From: Pseudomonadota bacterium | GTDB lineage: Bacteria; Pseudomonadota; Gammaproteobacteria; Chromatiales; Chromatiaceae | Length of the DNA stretch: 48,781 nt | NCBI GenBank assembly: GCA_039714995.1 | Contig: JBDLII010000001.1 | Location: 1-48,781, forward strand | Direction: 5' to 3' | Shown: piece after piece, positions 17,712 through 27,779 of the stretch | Layout of the letters: the number at the start of each line of letters is the position of its first letter | Numbering within the stretch: position 1 is the first letter of the stretch | Translations under genes and position numbers: made by a program | The notes under the pieces: generated by a model | Told to the model about the DNA's origin: nothing | Databases searched by the model: none | Seen by the model: the letters and a program-made list of their open reading frames with translations, nothing else

Positions 17712-18736
17712 AGCTTCAACACCCGCTGCAACTGCGTCATGACTTCACTGGCGGAAATTTCATGCATACAGGTAAAAGCCCCGTCGCAAACCGGTCTGCG
17801 TCTGCAGGGAGCGCAGGGGAGATCATGGTAGATCACCCTTGCGACCGGGGACTCCGTCCGCAAATAGGGACAGGTGGAGCCAAATAACGCCACCGTTGGA
17901 ACCTCACTGACCACGCCGATGTGGGTGAGCCCGGTATCAACCCCCACCAGTGCTTTTGCCTGGCCGATCAGGGCCGCGGCCTGCCGCAGCGTCGTTTTCC
18001 CGGTCAGGTCAAACAGGTTCTCCGGTGTTGTCATTGTCCGGGCAGTGTCTGTGTCAGCAGGGGAACCAAGTATTACGCAGTCGCAGACAAGCCGTTCATC
18101 GACGGCTTCCGCCAGCTGTTGCCAATGTTCAGTCGTCCAGTTTTTTTGCTCACGCGTGCTGAAGGGACAGAACACCACGAAGGGCCTGACAATCCCCTGT
18201 TGTTGCAACAGGGTAGAACTTGCCGACCTGTCATCCCCGGAGACAGCAACACCCATGCGTGCCCCATATGTTTCCGGACCGATTTTTTCAAGCAGAAACC
18301 GGTACTCTGAACCCATATCGCTGCTCTGTGGCGAATGGTAAACCCTTGTCATCAGTGCAGCGCTGCCCTCCCGGGAGTCCAGTCCGATGCGTGTTTTTGC
18401 GCCACTGAGGATGGTGAATAAACCACTCTTCATCAGGCCCTGCGCATCGATGGCAAGCGTGAAACCACGCTGTCGCAGCTCCTTGACAAACTGCCGTACT
18501 TCACGGAACAGGACAATGAACTTGCGTTCGCGCCAGAGCGACTGCCACGCTTTTCTCGGCCAGACGATCACCTCGTCGACATAGGGATTTTCCTGCAGCA
18601 GGCCCTCATACCCGGACTGCGCCAACCAGCTGATTTTTGCATCAGGATGTTGTTGCCTGATCCCCTGCGCCAGACATGATGCCATGACGATATCGCCGAT
18701 TGCGCTCAATCGAATGATAAGTATCTGTTCAGCCAT
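17708..18736 (-). CDS. Glycosyltransferase family 9 (LPS heptosyltransferase-like)
   Basis: Track ORF of 342 aa. The N-terminal ILIIRLSAIGDIVMA and the C-terminal ..GVDTGLTHIG... are typical of the WaaC/WaaF family. It overlaps the downstream GT4 by 4 nt. Confidence 0.75.
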   Translation of the reverse strand: MAEQILIIRLSAIGDIVMASCLAQGIRQQHPDAKISWLAQSGYEGLLQENPYVDEVIVWPRKAWQSLWRERKFIVLFREVRQFVKELRQRGFTLAIDAQGLMKSGLFTILSGAKTRIGLDSREGSAALMTRVYHSPQSSDMGSEYRFLLEKIGPETYGARMGVAVSGDDRSASSTLLQQQGIVRPFVVFCPFSTREQKNWTTEHWQQLAEAVDERLVCDCVILGSPADTDTARTMTTPENLFDLTGKTTLRQAAALIGQAKALVGVDTGLTHIGVVSEVPTVALFGSTCPYLRTESPVARVIYHDLPCAPCRRRPVCDGAFTCMHEISASEVMTQLQRVLKL

Positions 18737-18744
18737 CGATTCGT

Positions 18745-19890
18745 TTACCTGGACCCCGGGTTTCCGCTATTGCCCGGCCATGTAGCCGGCAAGTTGAAAG
18801 CGCCAAGATAGGCTGTGGTCGCGGAGGAGACCGAATAGGGTTTTGCGGCTTGCTGCAACATGTTTTTCGGCAAGGGATGGTCCAGGGTGTCGATGATGGC
18901 CTGGCTCAGGGCAATATCATCCTGCACGGCAACCAGCGGGCCATATTTTCCATCCTGCAGGATCTCTCTTGAGCCGCTCGGGCAGTCAACGGAAACCACC
19001 GGCGTCCCCATGCCCAAAGCCTCGATCAATGCAAACGCCATCCCTTCCCAGAGCGACGTCAAAGCAAATAGATCGGCATGGGCCATGTAATCATACGGGT
19101 TCGGTTGAAACCCCGGAAAGGCAACATCCTCCGCCACCCCAAGCGTCTCCGCAAGACTCTCCAGGTCGGCCTTCAGCTTGCCCTTGCCGAGGATGACCAG
19201 GCGGCAGTCGCGACGGCTGCGCACCCTGGTAAAAGCACGGATCAGCGTGGCGAAATCCTTGCGTTTTCCCAACTCGCCAACCCCAAGAATAACAGGCGGT
19301 TGACCGGTTTGAAACCAGGGGTGCTCCGGCCGTGTATAGCGTTGATTGAAAGCGTCATCCGGAATCGCCGGACTGGGAACAACCTGGATATGCTCGCGCG
19401 CCAGCCCGGTATACGAAGCCATGTCATCCGCTGCACCCGCGGAAGGTACGATAACGCAGTCGGCATGGCGATAGAGCTTGCCCATCGATGTTTTTTGCAG
19501 CCAGCGCTCGAACACTCCCCGGCTGGCAAGATTGATCGATACCGTTGAACCATATCGCAGCACCTGGCGGGGCTTGGTTCCCGACAGGTAGCGCGCCAGC
19601 ATGGCGGTGCGATTGACGCGGTCCTTATCCGAGAGCAGGACGGCGGGACGTTCCCGGCGCAGATAACCAGTCAGCGGAAACAGGCTGGAATATGTGCTGC
19701 TTGTACCCAGCTCAATGACTCTCACTCCATCGGGTATGCGCTTCAGGTAGGGCCCATGGCGCTGGATGTGGAGCAGATCGACCTGGTAACCACGCGCCGC
19801 CAACTCGGGGATGAGATGCTGCATTGCCCGGTCAACGCCGCTGTGACCGGACGTTGAAAAAAAACAGGCAATTCGATTCGGCTTCAGCAT
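18745..19890 (-). CDS. Glycosyltransferase family 4, paralog 1 of 5
   Basis: Track ORF of 381 aa. It shares with four neighbours the block ..CRLVILGKG...NPYDYM..ADLFALTSLWEGMAFALIEALGMGTPVVSVDCPSGSREILQDGKYGPLV. Confidence 0.8.
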   Translation of the reverse strand: MLKPNRIACFFSTSGHSGVDRAMQHLIPELAARGYQVDLLHIQRHGPYLKRIPDGVRVIELGTSSTYSSLFPLTGYLRRERPAVLLSDKDRVNRTAMLARYLSGTKPRQVLRYGSTVSINLASRGVFERWLQKTSMGKLYRHADCVIVPSAGAADDMASYTGLAREHIQVVPSPAIPDDAFNQRYTRPEHPWFQTGQPPVILGVGELGKRKDFATLIRAFTRVRSRRDCRLVILGKGKLKADLESLAETLGVAEDVAFPGFQPNPYDYMAHADLFALTSLWEGMAFALIEALGMGTPVVSVDCPSGSREILQDGKYGPLVAVQDDIALSQAIIDTLDHPLPKNMLQQAAKPYSVSSATTAYLGAFNLPATWPGNSGNPGSR

Positions 19891-20017
19891 GCTCTAATCA
19901 CGGATATTGACGAAGGCACTCAAGGCGTCTCTCATCCGCCGTAAGATATCACATTGGCTACAGTAACCCCCACATAATGCTAAACTCTGCCGTGCAGTAA
20001 CTTTTCCAGCCTGAGTA

Positions 20018-21184
20018 ATGCCATCACAGCCGAACAGCCGCAACCACGCCGCCAATCAGCCCGTCGTCAGGCATGTCTGCCTCTATTTTCCCAGTTATGG
20101 CGATGGCGGCGTGGAGCGTATGACCGCCAACCTTGCATCGGGTTTGGCCGAAGCCGGCGTGAAAGTCGACTTTATCATCAATCATCAGGCCGCCCCCTAC
20201 CTTTCCGGCCTGGAGTACAGCGTCAATTTCGTCACTCCCCCGGATAACAGCAGCCAGCACCTCGGCTGGCTTGTCGACTATTTGAATACAAGTCAACCTG
20301 ATGTTCTGATGACCGTCAAGGATGCGGCCGGGATCATGGCAATCAGGGCAAAAAAGAGAAGCCGGGCAGAGAGCAGAATCATTGTCCGGACCGGCACGGC
20401 ACTGCTGTCGCGCTTCGGTCATCGCGGCACCGGTGTTGTCAAACGATGGCTTAAATCCCGCAAACTGAAACGTTATTATCAACAGGCTGACGGCCATATT
20501 GCTGTAGCCTTTGGCTCACGGCAGGAGCTTCATCAACTGATCGGGATCCCGGAAGAGGCGATCATCGTCATCAAAAACCCGGTTATCACGCCCTCACTGC
20601 TGAAACTGCAGCATGAAACCCTTGACCACCCCTGGTTTGCACCCTCCGGGAAATCCCTGGTCATGGGAATGGGCGGATTTCGTCAACAAAAAGACTTCAC
20701 GACATTGATCCGTGCCTTTGCGCTGCTGCATCAATCCAGGCCATGCCGGCTGCTGTTGCTGGGCAAGGGGCGCCAGCAACAACGTCTGATTCAGCTTTGC
20801 CGCGAACTGGGAATCGAGGAGGATGTGATGTTCCCCGGATTCACCGACAACCCCTACCCCTGGCTTAAAAGAGCCGACCTGTTTGTTCTCTCCTCGCTGT
20901 GGGAAGGCTCACCCAATGTCCTCACCGAAGCACTGGCTTCAGGCACCCCGGTGGTTGCCACGGATTGCCAAAGCGGCCCCAGGGAGATACTGCAGGATGG
21001 GAAATATGGCGAACTTGTACCTCTCAGCGATCCACAGAGAATGAGCGAAGCCATGGCGCGCACCCTGGACCACCCTCTCAACAGTGAACAACTGGTGGAA
21101 GCGGCCAGTGAATATACCCTGGAAGCCAGCACCCGCTCCTATATCCAGGCTTTCAGCCATTTTATGGCCACGGAACAAGATTGA
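20018..21184 (+). CDS. Glycosyltransferase family 4, paralog 2 of 5
   Basis: Track ORF of 388 aa. The motifs are ..GDGGVERMTANLASGL.. and ..SSLWEGSPNVLTEALASGTPVVATDCQSGPREILQDGKYGELV... The exact start is uncertain. Confidence 0.8.
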   Translation: MPSQPNSRNHAANQPVVRHVCLYFPSYGDGGVERMTANLASGLAEAGVKVDFIINHQAAPYLSGLEYSVNFVTPPDNSSQHLGWLVDYLNTSQPDVLMTVKDAAGIMAIRAKKRSRAESRIIVRTGTALLSRFGHRGTGVVKRWLKSRKLKRYYQQADGHIAVAFGSRQELHQLIGIPEEAIIVIKNPVITPSLLKLQHETLDHPWFAPSGKSLVMGMGGFRQQKDFTTLIRAFALLHQSRPCRLLLLGKGRQQQRLIQLCRELGIEEDVMFPGFTDNPYPWLKRADLFVLSSLWEGSPNVLTEALASGTPVVATDCQSGPREILQDGKYGELVPLSDPQRMSEAMARTLDHPLNSEQLVEAASEYTLEASTRSYIQAFSHFMATEQD

Positions 21185-21194
21185 ATTTGCCCTG

Positions 21195-22301
21195 ATGACA
21201 AAACAACGCATTGCGGTTTTCGCCTCCTTCTCGGGCAATGGCGGTGTCGAACGTATGATCGTCAACCTCTGCACGGGTTTTTCCCAACGGGGCTTTCAAG
21301 TCGATCTGCTGCTGATCAAGGATAGGAGTGATCACCTGGCGCACCTGCCTGACGATGTGCATGTGATGCGTCTTGGCACAAAACACGCCTATACCAGTTT
21401 ATGGAAGTTGGTGACATACCTCAAGAGAGAACGCCCCGACGCCCTGCTGTCCGCCAAGGAGCGCGCCAACCGCGTCGCCTTGCTGGCGAAAAAATTATCC
21501 GGCCTTGATCTGCCTGTCGGGGTGCGGCTTGGCACCACTGTATCCGCCGCGCTGGCCGGCAAAAGCCGTCTGCGGCGCTTATTCTGGTACTGGCCCATGA
21601 AAATGACCTACAGCCATGCCGATGTTGTGATACCTGTCTCACAGGGCGTCGCAGATGATGTGATCACCATTACCGGGATCGACAACAACAAGGTAAAAGT
21701 GATTCGCAACCCGGTGATCTCTGCGCGTCTGTTTGAACTGAGTCGTGAGCAGCTGTTTCATCCCGAGTGGTTTGACGGCACCTCGCCGACGCTGGTGGCT
21801 GCCGGCAGATTTACCAGGCAGAAAGACTTCATCACCCTGATCCACGCCCTGAAACAGGTCAACCTGCAAACACCTTGCCGTCTTGTCCTTCTGGGCGAAG
21901 GCAAACTGCGTGAGCAATACAGCACCCTTGCCGCTGAACTGGGCATTCAGCATCATCTGTTGATGCCCGGATTTGTCAATAACCCCTATCCGGCGATCTC
22001 CCATGCAGATTGCTTTGTTTTATCCTCCCTCTGGGAAGGGTCGCCCAACGTGTTGACCGAGGCGCTTGCATTAGGCACCCCTGTGGTTTCCACCGATTGT
22101 CCCAGTGGTCCCGCGGAGATCTTACAGCATGGCGATTACGGACCACTGGTCCCCATGGGCGATGCCGATGCAATGGCGCAAGCCATCATCAGGGTGCTGA
22201 GCAATCCTCACCCGCGCGAATTTTTACAGCGCGCCAGTGAAGACTATACAATTGATCGCAGCGTCTCTGACTATCTGCAGGCTTTGGGCCTCACGGACTA
22301 A
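21195..22301 (+). CDS. Glycosyltransferase family 4, paralog 3 of 5
   Basis: Track ORF 21084-22301 trimmed to MTKQRIAVFASFSGNGGVERMIVNLCTGF (ATG at 21195, 10 nt after the previous stop). It contains ..SSLWEGSPNVLTEALALGTPVVSTDCPSGPAEILQHGDYGPLV. Confidence 0.8.
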   Translation: MTKQRIAVFASFSGNGGVERMIVNLCTGFSQRGFQVDLLLIKDRSDHLAHLPDDVHVMRLGTKHAYTSLWKLVTYLKRERPDALLSAKERANRVALLAKKLSGLDLPVGVRLGTTVSAALAGKSRLRRLFWYWPMKMTYSHADVVIPVSQGVADDVITITGIDNNKVKVIRNPVISARLFELSREQLFHPEWFDGTSPTLVAAGRFTRQKDFITLIHALKQVNLQTPCRLVLLGEGKLREQYSTLAAELGIQHHLLMPGFVNNPYPAISHADCFVLSSLWEGSPNVLTEALALGTPVVSTDCPSGPAEILQHGDYGPLVPMGDADAMAQAIIRVLSNPHPREFLQRASEDYTIDRSVSDYLQALGLTD

Positions 22302-22305
22302 CCCT

Positions 22306-22962
22306 ATGCTGTTATCCAATCACCATCGATTTCTATTTGTACATGTCGCCAAAACCGGCGGAACAAGCATCCGCACGGCATTGCAGCCTTTGCGCTGGAG
22401 AGACCCCTATTTTTATCCACAAATGCTATGCAGCCGCTTGAGTTCGATGACGGGCCACCGCATCGGCGCTAAATTCCCTCGTCACGCCAAGATTATCGCC
22501 GCCAGGGAGATGCTGCCGCAGGAGTTGTTCGATTCGTTGTTCAAATTCGCCATCGTACGCAACCCGTGGGATCTTCAGGTCAGCTCCTATCATCACATCC
22601 GCCGGGAACGCCCCCACGTGATGGCGCACATCAACAGCTTCGAAGAGTTTATCGACTGGAAACTCGATCCCGAACGCCCCTACCAGTTTCATGTCGATAC
22701 CTCTATCGAACAGCAATCAGATTATCTCATTGATCTGCATGGTAAGCTGTTGACCGATTTCATCGGCCGCTATGAGAACCTGCATGACGACTTCAATACC
22801 ATTTGCAACAAGATCGGCATTACAACACCCGCTCTGCCGCACCGGCGCAAAGCAACAGATCGCGACAAGGATTACCGGAGTTATTACACCGATGCTCTCA
22901 CCCGGAAAGTCGCTGCGCACTTTCAACAGGATATTGAATTGCTCGGCTACAGCTTTGAATAG
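22306..22962 (+). CDS. PAPS-dependent sulfotransferase (carbohydrate sulfotransferase-like)
   Basis: Track ORF 22237-22962 trimmed to MLLSNHHRFLFVHVAKTGGTSIRTAL (ATG at 22306, 4 nt after the previous stop). FVHVAKTGGTS resembles the 5-prime-phosphosulfate-binding loop, as in the HS6ST-type xxHxxKTGGT motif. FAIVRNPWDLQVSSYHH resembles the 3-prime-phosphate-binding RxPxxRxxSxY block. Confidence 0.7.
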   Translation: MLLSNHHRFLFVHVAKTGGTSIRTALQPLRWRDPYFYPQMLCSRLSSMTGHRIGAKFPRHAKIIAAREMLPQELFDSLFKFAIVRNPWDLQVSSYHHIRRERPHVMAHINSFEEFIDWKLDPERPYQFHVDTSIEQQSDYLIDLHGKLLTDFIGRYENLHDDFNTICNKIGITTPALPHRRKATDRDKDYRSYYTDALTRKVAAHFQQDIELLGYSFE

Positions 22963-23054
22963 GCTGATTCCCGGGAATCAAGCTGGGAAACACCGATCGA
23001 ATCCTACACATGTCACTTTTCTGAAGCAGCCACGGTCATAAAAGCACAGAGCCA

Positions 23055-24200
23055 TCAACGAACGGCGACCCCCAGTGCGCGCAAATAGGCATCGATACTG
23101 GCGTTCATGGTATAGCCGGCAACCCCTGCGCGCAGGCGTGCGGCGTCCGGCGGCTGTTCGAGAGTAGCCTGAATGGCATTCGCCAAGGCTGCGTCGTCTC
23201 CCACCATGACCAGCGGCCCCAATGCCCCGTCACGCAGTATTTCCCGCGGACCACTAGGACAATCTGTGGCCACTGCCGGGGTTCCCAGGGCCAGGGCTTC
23301 GGTGAGCACGTTCACGATCCCCTCCCATGCCGAAGACACTACGAACACTCGCGCCCGCGCCATGAATGGATAAGGGTTCGGCGCGTGCCCCGGCAAACGG
23401 CAGTCGGCACTAATGCCAAGGCGCTGCACCAGGGCCTCCAATTCTCCACGGCGGCTGCCTTCGCCCAGAATCAACAAGCGGCAGGGCCGTTGCCGACGTA
23501 ACCGTGCGAAAGCTCGCAACAGGGTAGGAAAGTCCTTTTGCTGCTCCAGACGGCCGACGCCGAGAATCACCGGCGGGGCACCAGGAGCGAACCAGGGGTC
23601 GGACAGAGGCTCGGCGGCCTGTTGCTGGAACTCACGAGTAATGACCGGGTTAGGAAGAACCCGAATACGTTCGCGACCGATCCCGGCGATGGTCGCCAGG
23701 TCATCCGCGACACCTTGGGAAACTGCAATCAACGGGTCAAACTCTGGGTAGACGCGGCGCATCCGCTGCAGTCGGCGGCGGCGTTTGGCGGTGCTACAGA
23801 GCTGCAATTCCCGCGACAGGTGGATGCTGGCCCGCAATCCCAGGCGGGTGGGCGTCCCGGCCAGGCGCCGCGCGCGCAACAGGGCCAGGTTGGTACGCAG
23901 CTTGTCAGAAACCAGTACCGCAGTGGGGCGCACCCGGCGCAGGTAGACCGCCAGGGACGGTACGCTCCACAGGGCATGGGTGCTGCGCAGTCCAATTAAG
24001 CGCGGGGCGGTAGCTGCAATGCCGGGCGGGTTATTCCTATACGAGTCGGCAACATGGCGGCTCAGCAGATCCACACTTGCACCGCGTTGCGTCATCTCTA
24101 TGGCCAAGCGCCAGAGCGTGATGCTGGCGCCGTTGTCGCCCAAGGAATCCGTCAATAGGGCGATACGCGGCGCGTCCCCAGGCACATGACTCTGATTCAT
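23055..24200 (-). CDS. Glycosyltransferase family 4, paralog 4 of 5 (high-GC pair)
   Basis: Track ORF of 381 aa. It contains ..CRLLILGEG...SSAWEGIVNVLTEALALGTPAVATDCPSGPREILRDGALGPLV... It is Arg/Ala-rich. Confidence 0.8.
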   Translation of the reverse strand: MNQSHVPGDAPRIALLTDSLGDNGASITLWRLAIEMTQRGASVDLLSRHVADSYRNNPPGIAATAPRLIGLRSTHALWSVPSLAVYLRRVRPTAVLVSDKLRTNLALLRARRLAGTPTRLGLRASIHLSRELQLCSTAKRRRRLQRMRRVYPEFDPLIAVSQGVADDLATIAGIGRERIRVLPNPVITREFQQQAAEPLSDPWFAPGAPPVILGVGRLEQQKDFPTLLRAFARLRRQRPCRLLILGEGSRRGELEALVQRLGISADCRLPGHAPNPYPFMARARVFVVSSAWEGIVNVLTEALALGTPAVATDCPSGPREILRDGALGPLVMVGDDAALANAIQATLEQPPDAARLRAGVAGYTMNASIDAYLRALGVAVR

Positions 24201-25363
24201 GGCGCCGTGAATTCGCTGGGTAACAACAGGCGGGCGTACTGTTCCACCACCGTGGCCACCCGGTAGGGCTCGGTAGCCGCCTGCAAGACCTCGGGCTGAG
24301 GAGTCGGTTGCACCAGAGCATCGCTGATTGCCGCAGCCAGCGCCTCCGCTTCGCCCACTGGCACCAGCCTCCCCAAACGTCCCTTGTCCAGTATCTCCCG
24401 GGGTCCATGGGGGCAGTCGGTGGCCACCACCGGTGTGCCTAGCGCCATCGCCTCCACCAGCACGTTGCCGAAACCTTCCCAGGCCGAGGAGAGAACCAGT
24501 AACCGGGCCCGCGCCATGTAGGCATAGGGGTTGGCGACCTGCCCGCCAAGCGCTGCCCGCCCGGTCAGGCCCAGTTCACCGATGAGCCTTTCCAGGTGCG
24601 GGCGCTGCTCGCCTTCCCCAAGAATCAGCAGACGCCATGCGGGGGTGCGGGGTAACTCCGCACAGGCCCGTAGCAGCGTAGGGTAGTCCTTTTGCGGATG
24701 CAGCCGGCCCACCGCCAGCAGCAGAGGTGGTTGCCCCGGCGTCAACCAAGGGTGCACCGGATCCAGTACCGCCAGGCGTTCGATCTCGGGAGTGACCACC
24801 GGGTTGGGAATCACCCGCAAGCGTGACGGCAATAGCGGCACCAGATCCAGAAAATCCTCCGCTACCCCCTTGGATACGGCAATGACGGCATCATTGCGGG
24901 GATAGTAACGGCGCAGCCGAGCCAGCAGGGAGCGTCGTTTGGCAGGGAGCCGGGTGGCGAGGGTGCGGGAGTAAGTGTTGTGTAGTGTCGCACATACCCG
25001 AAGCGGTTCCCGGGTCGCTTTCGTGGTCGATACCCGTAACGACATTTGAACCAGGGCACGAGCCCGCAACGCCAGAGCGTTGACCCTTATGCTGTCAGTA
25101 TTGATGGCCATTGGCCGCTCGCGGCGTAGATAACCCACCAATGCAGGCAACCCCATGAGCGGATGGGTAGTGGGAAAGTGTAGCACCCGCACCTGCGGTG
25201 CGAGTTGAGAAAGGTAGGGAGACTTGGGCTTGCTCAACAACAGGTCCACTGCGACACCGCGTTCGGCAAAGGCGTTGCATAGATTAACCAGTACCCGGCC
25301 GATACCGCCTCCCAGGGAGGGGCTTAGAAAGGCGATACGGGGTTGCGGACCGCGGATGGACAT
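24197..25363 (-). CDS. Glycosyltransferase family 4, paralog 5 of 5 (high-GC pair)
   Basis: Track ORF of 388 aa. It contains ..SSAWEGFGNVLVEAMALGTPVVATDCPHGPREILDKGRLGRLV... It overlaps the next gene by 4 nt. Confidence 0.8.
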   Translation of the reverse strand: MSIRGPQPRIAFLSPSLGGGIGRVLVNLCNAFAERGVAVDLLLSKPKSPYLSQLAPQVRVLHFPTTHPLMGLPALVGYLRRERPMAINTDSIRVNALALRARALVQMSLRVSTTKATREPLRVCATLHNTYSRTLATRLPAKRRSLLARLRRYYPRNDAVIAVSKGVAEDFLDLVPLLPSRLRVIPNPVVTPEIERLAVLDPVHPWLTPGQPPLLLAVGRLHPQKDYPTLLRACAELPRTPAWRLLILGEGEQRPHLERLIGELGLTGRAALGGQVANPYAYMARARLLVLSSAWEGFGNVLVEAMALGTPVVATDCPHGPREILDKGRLGRLVPVGEAEALAAAISDALVQPTPQPEVLQAATEPYRVATVVEQYARLLLPSEFTAP

Positions 25364-25383
25364 GGCAAAAAATTATAGTAACA

Positions 25384-26373
25384 TCACACTTGGTAGTAGT
25401 CGCGGTACCAGCCGACAAAGCGGTTGATGCCATCCTGCAGCGGCGTGTTGGGAGAGAAGCCGGTGTCCTCGACCAGCGAGTCGATATCGGCATAGGTGAT
25501 CGGCACATCGCCGGGCTGCATCGGCAGCAGGTCCAGAACAGCCTCCCTGCCACAGGCCTGCTCGATGGCGGCGATAAAATCGCGCAGCGTCTCGGGCTGG
25601 TTGTTGCCGATGTTGTACAGCTGGTAGCGCGAAGTCGCATTGGTTCCGGGGATGGATTGCTCCTGCGGGATCTTCGCCATCACCCTGACGACGCCCTCGA
25701 CGATATCATCGATGTAGGTGAAGTCACGCTGCATCTCGCCCCTGTTGAATACCGGGATCGGGTCGCCGTTCAGGATCGCCTTGGCGAAGCTGAAGTAGGC
25801 CATGTCGGGTCTGCCCCAGGGGCCGTAGACGGTAAAGAAGCGCAATCCTGTGACCGGAATGTCGTAAAGATGCGAATAGGAGTGCGCCATCAGCTCGTTG
25901 GCTTTTTTGCTGGCCGCATAGAGCGACACCGGGTAGTCGACGTTGTCAGCCGTCGAGAAGGGCACCTTCTGGTTCATGCCGTAGACGGAACTGCTGGAGG
26001 CATAGACCAGGTGGTCGACCTTGCCGTGGCGGCAGCCTTCAAGAATATTGGCGAAGCCGACCAGGTTCGTATCGATATAGGAGGCCGGGTGCTCCAGCGA
26101 GTAGCGCACACCAGGCTGGGCAGCCAGGTTGATGACATGCGAAAAGCGCTGCTTCTGAAACAGCCGTGCACAGCCTTCCCGGTCGGCAATATCCAGGTGC
26201 TGGAAGTGAAAACCGTCTGTGTCGCCCAGCTGGTCGAGACGCGCCTGTTTCAGCGCCACGTCGTAATAGGGGGTGAGGTTGTCGACGCCAACGACCTCGA
26301 TATCATCGGCCAGCAGTCTCTGGATCAGGTGAAAGCCGATGAAACCGGCGGCGCCGGTAACCAGCACTGTCAT
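25384..26373 (-). CDS. NAD-dependent epimerase, UDP-glucuronate 4-epimerase-like
   Basis: Track ORF of 329 aa. It has [16 protein letters not shown], the YxxxK motif (YAASKKANE), and a GalE-family layout typical of the UDP-GlcA 4-epimerases found beside ugd. Confidence 0.75.
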   Translation of the reverse strand: MTVLVTGAAGFIGFHLIQRLLADDIEVVGVDNLTPYYDVALKQARLDQLGDTDGFHFQHLDIADREGCARLFQKQRFSHVINLAAQPGVRYSLEHPASYIDTNLVGFANILEGCRHGKVDHLVYASSSSVYGMNQKVPFSTADNVDYPVSLYAASKKANELMAHSYSHLYDIPVTGLRFFTVYGPWGRPDMAYFSFAKAILNGDPIPVFNRGEMQRDFTYIDDIVEGVVRVMAKIPQEQSIPGTNATSRYQLYNIGNNQPETLRDFIAAIEQACGREAVLDLLPMQPGDVPITYADIDSLVEDTGFSPNTPLQDGINRFVGWYRDYYQV

Positions 26374-27719
26374 TGGGCACCTCTTTTTGTAACGGAGTCG
26401 CCGCGTCCGATGGCATAGTAGGTCCAGCCATGCCCCCTCAGCATCTCCGGATCATAGAGGTTGCGCCCGTCAAAGATCAGCTTGTTTGAAAGCTCATCGG
26501 CAAGCATGTCGAAATCAGGAACACGGAAGGCTTTCCACTCGGTATGAATCACCAGGGCATCGGCGCCTCTGGTTGCCGCATGCTTGTCATCAAGGTATGT
26601 GATTCCCTCCCTGTCACCAAAGATGCGCCTGCTCTCCTCCATCGCGACCGGATCAAAAACCTGAATCCTGGCACCTGCCTGCAGCAGCTCCTCGATGGTG
26701 ACGCGGCTGCTGGCTTCGCGCATATCATCGGTTTCAGGCTTGAATGAAAGCCCCCACACGGCAATGGTCTTGCCGCTGAGATCCTCGCCAAAATGCTGCT
26801 TGATGCGTCCCGGCAGGACAGATTTTTGCCTGTTGTTGACATCTTCGACGGCATTCAGCAGCTGTGCATGATAGCCGACGGAGTCTGCCGTTCTCGCCAG
26901 CGCCTGCACATCCTTCGGGAAGCAGGAGCCGCCGTAGCCGCAGCCGGGATAGATAAAATGAAAACCGATGCGTGCGTCCGAGCCGATGCCGCGGCGCACA
27001 TTCTCGATATCGGCGCCCAGCCGTTCGGCGAGATTGGAGATCTCGTTCATGAAGCTGATCTTGGTCGCCAGCAGCGAATTGGCGGCATACTTGGTCAACT
27101 CCGCAGAGGGTACATCCATGAAGACCATGCGGTCATGGTTGCGGTTGAAGGGCTCGTAGAGTTCACGCATCACCGCTTCGGTCTCCGGATTCGACGTGCC
27201 CACGACGATCCGGTCAGGCTTCATGAAATCGGCAATTGCCGACCCCTCCTTGAGGAACTCCGGATTTGAACAGACATCGAAGTCGATCGAGACATTGCGC
27301 GCGTCGAGAGTGCGGCTGATTTCAGCCGTGACTTTTTCAGCCGTACCCACGGGGACGGTGGATTTATCGACAACGATCTTGGGTCGATCCATATGCTGTG
27401 CAATCGATTTGGCGACAGCGAGCACATACTGCAGGTCAGCCGAGCCATCCTCATCCGGCGGTGTGCCGACCGCGATGAACTGCACATCGGCGTATGCCAC
27501 CGCATCCTCGATACTGGTGGTAAAGGCTATATTGCCATCCGCGGCGCACTGCTTGATGATCTCTTCGAGGCCCGGCTCGTAGATCGGAATGATGCCCTTT
27601 TTCAGGTTGTTGATCTTCTCTTCATCGATATCGACACAGAGCACGTGATGACCGACATCGGCCAGACAGGCACCTGTCACCAAGCCTACATAGCCACTAC
27701 CATAAATTGTAATTTTCAT
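26370..27719 (-). CDS. ugd: UDP-glucose 6-dehydrogenase
   Basis: Track ORF of 449 aa. It has [20 protein letters not shown] and the catalytic-Cys region [10 protein letters not shown]. It overlaps the epimerase gene by 4 nt. Confidence 0.9.
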   Translation of the reverse strand: MKITIYGSGYVGLVTGACLADVGHHVLCVDIDEEKINNLKKGIIPIYEPGLEEIIKQCAADGNIAFTTSIEDAVAYADVQFIAVGTPPDEDGSADLQYVLAVAKSIAQHMDRPKIVVDKSTVPVGTAEKVTAEISRTLDARNVSIDFDVCSNPEFLKEGSAIADFMKPDRIVVGTSNPETEAVMRELYEPFNRNHDRMVFMDVPSAELTKYAANSLLATKISFMNEISNLAERLGADIENVRRGIGSDARIGFHFIYPGCGYGGSCFPKDVQALARTADSVGYHAQLLNAVEDVNNRQKSVLPGRIKQHFGEDLSGKTIAVWGLSFKPETDDMREASSRVTIEELLQAGARIQVFDPVAMEESRRIFGDREGITYLDDKHAATRGADALVIHTEWKAFRVPDFDMLADELSNKLIFDGRNLYDPEMLRGHGWTYYAIGRGDSVTKRGAQ

Positions 27720-27779
27720 CGTTTCCCGATACTTTCAAAGGTAAAAAATTCTGTTGTTGCTAGAGGATACGCTGAGGAC

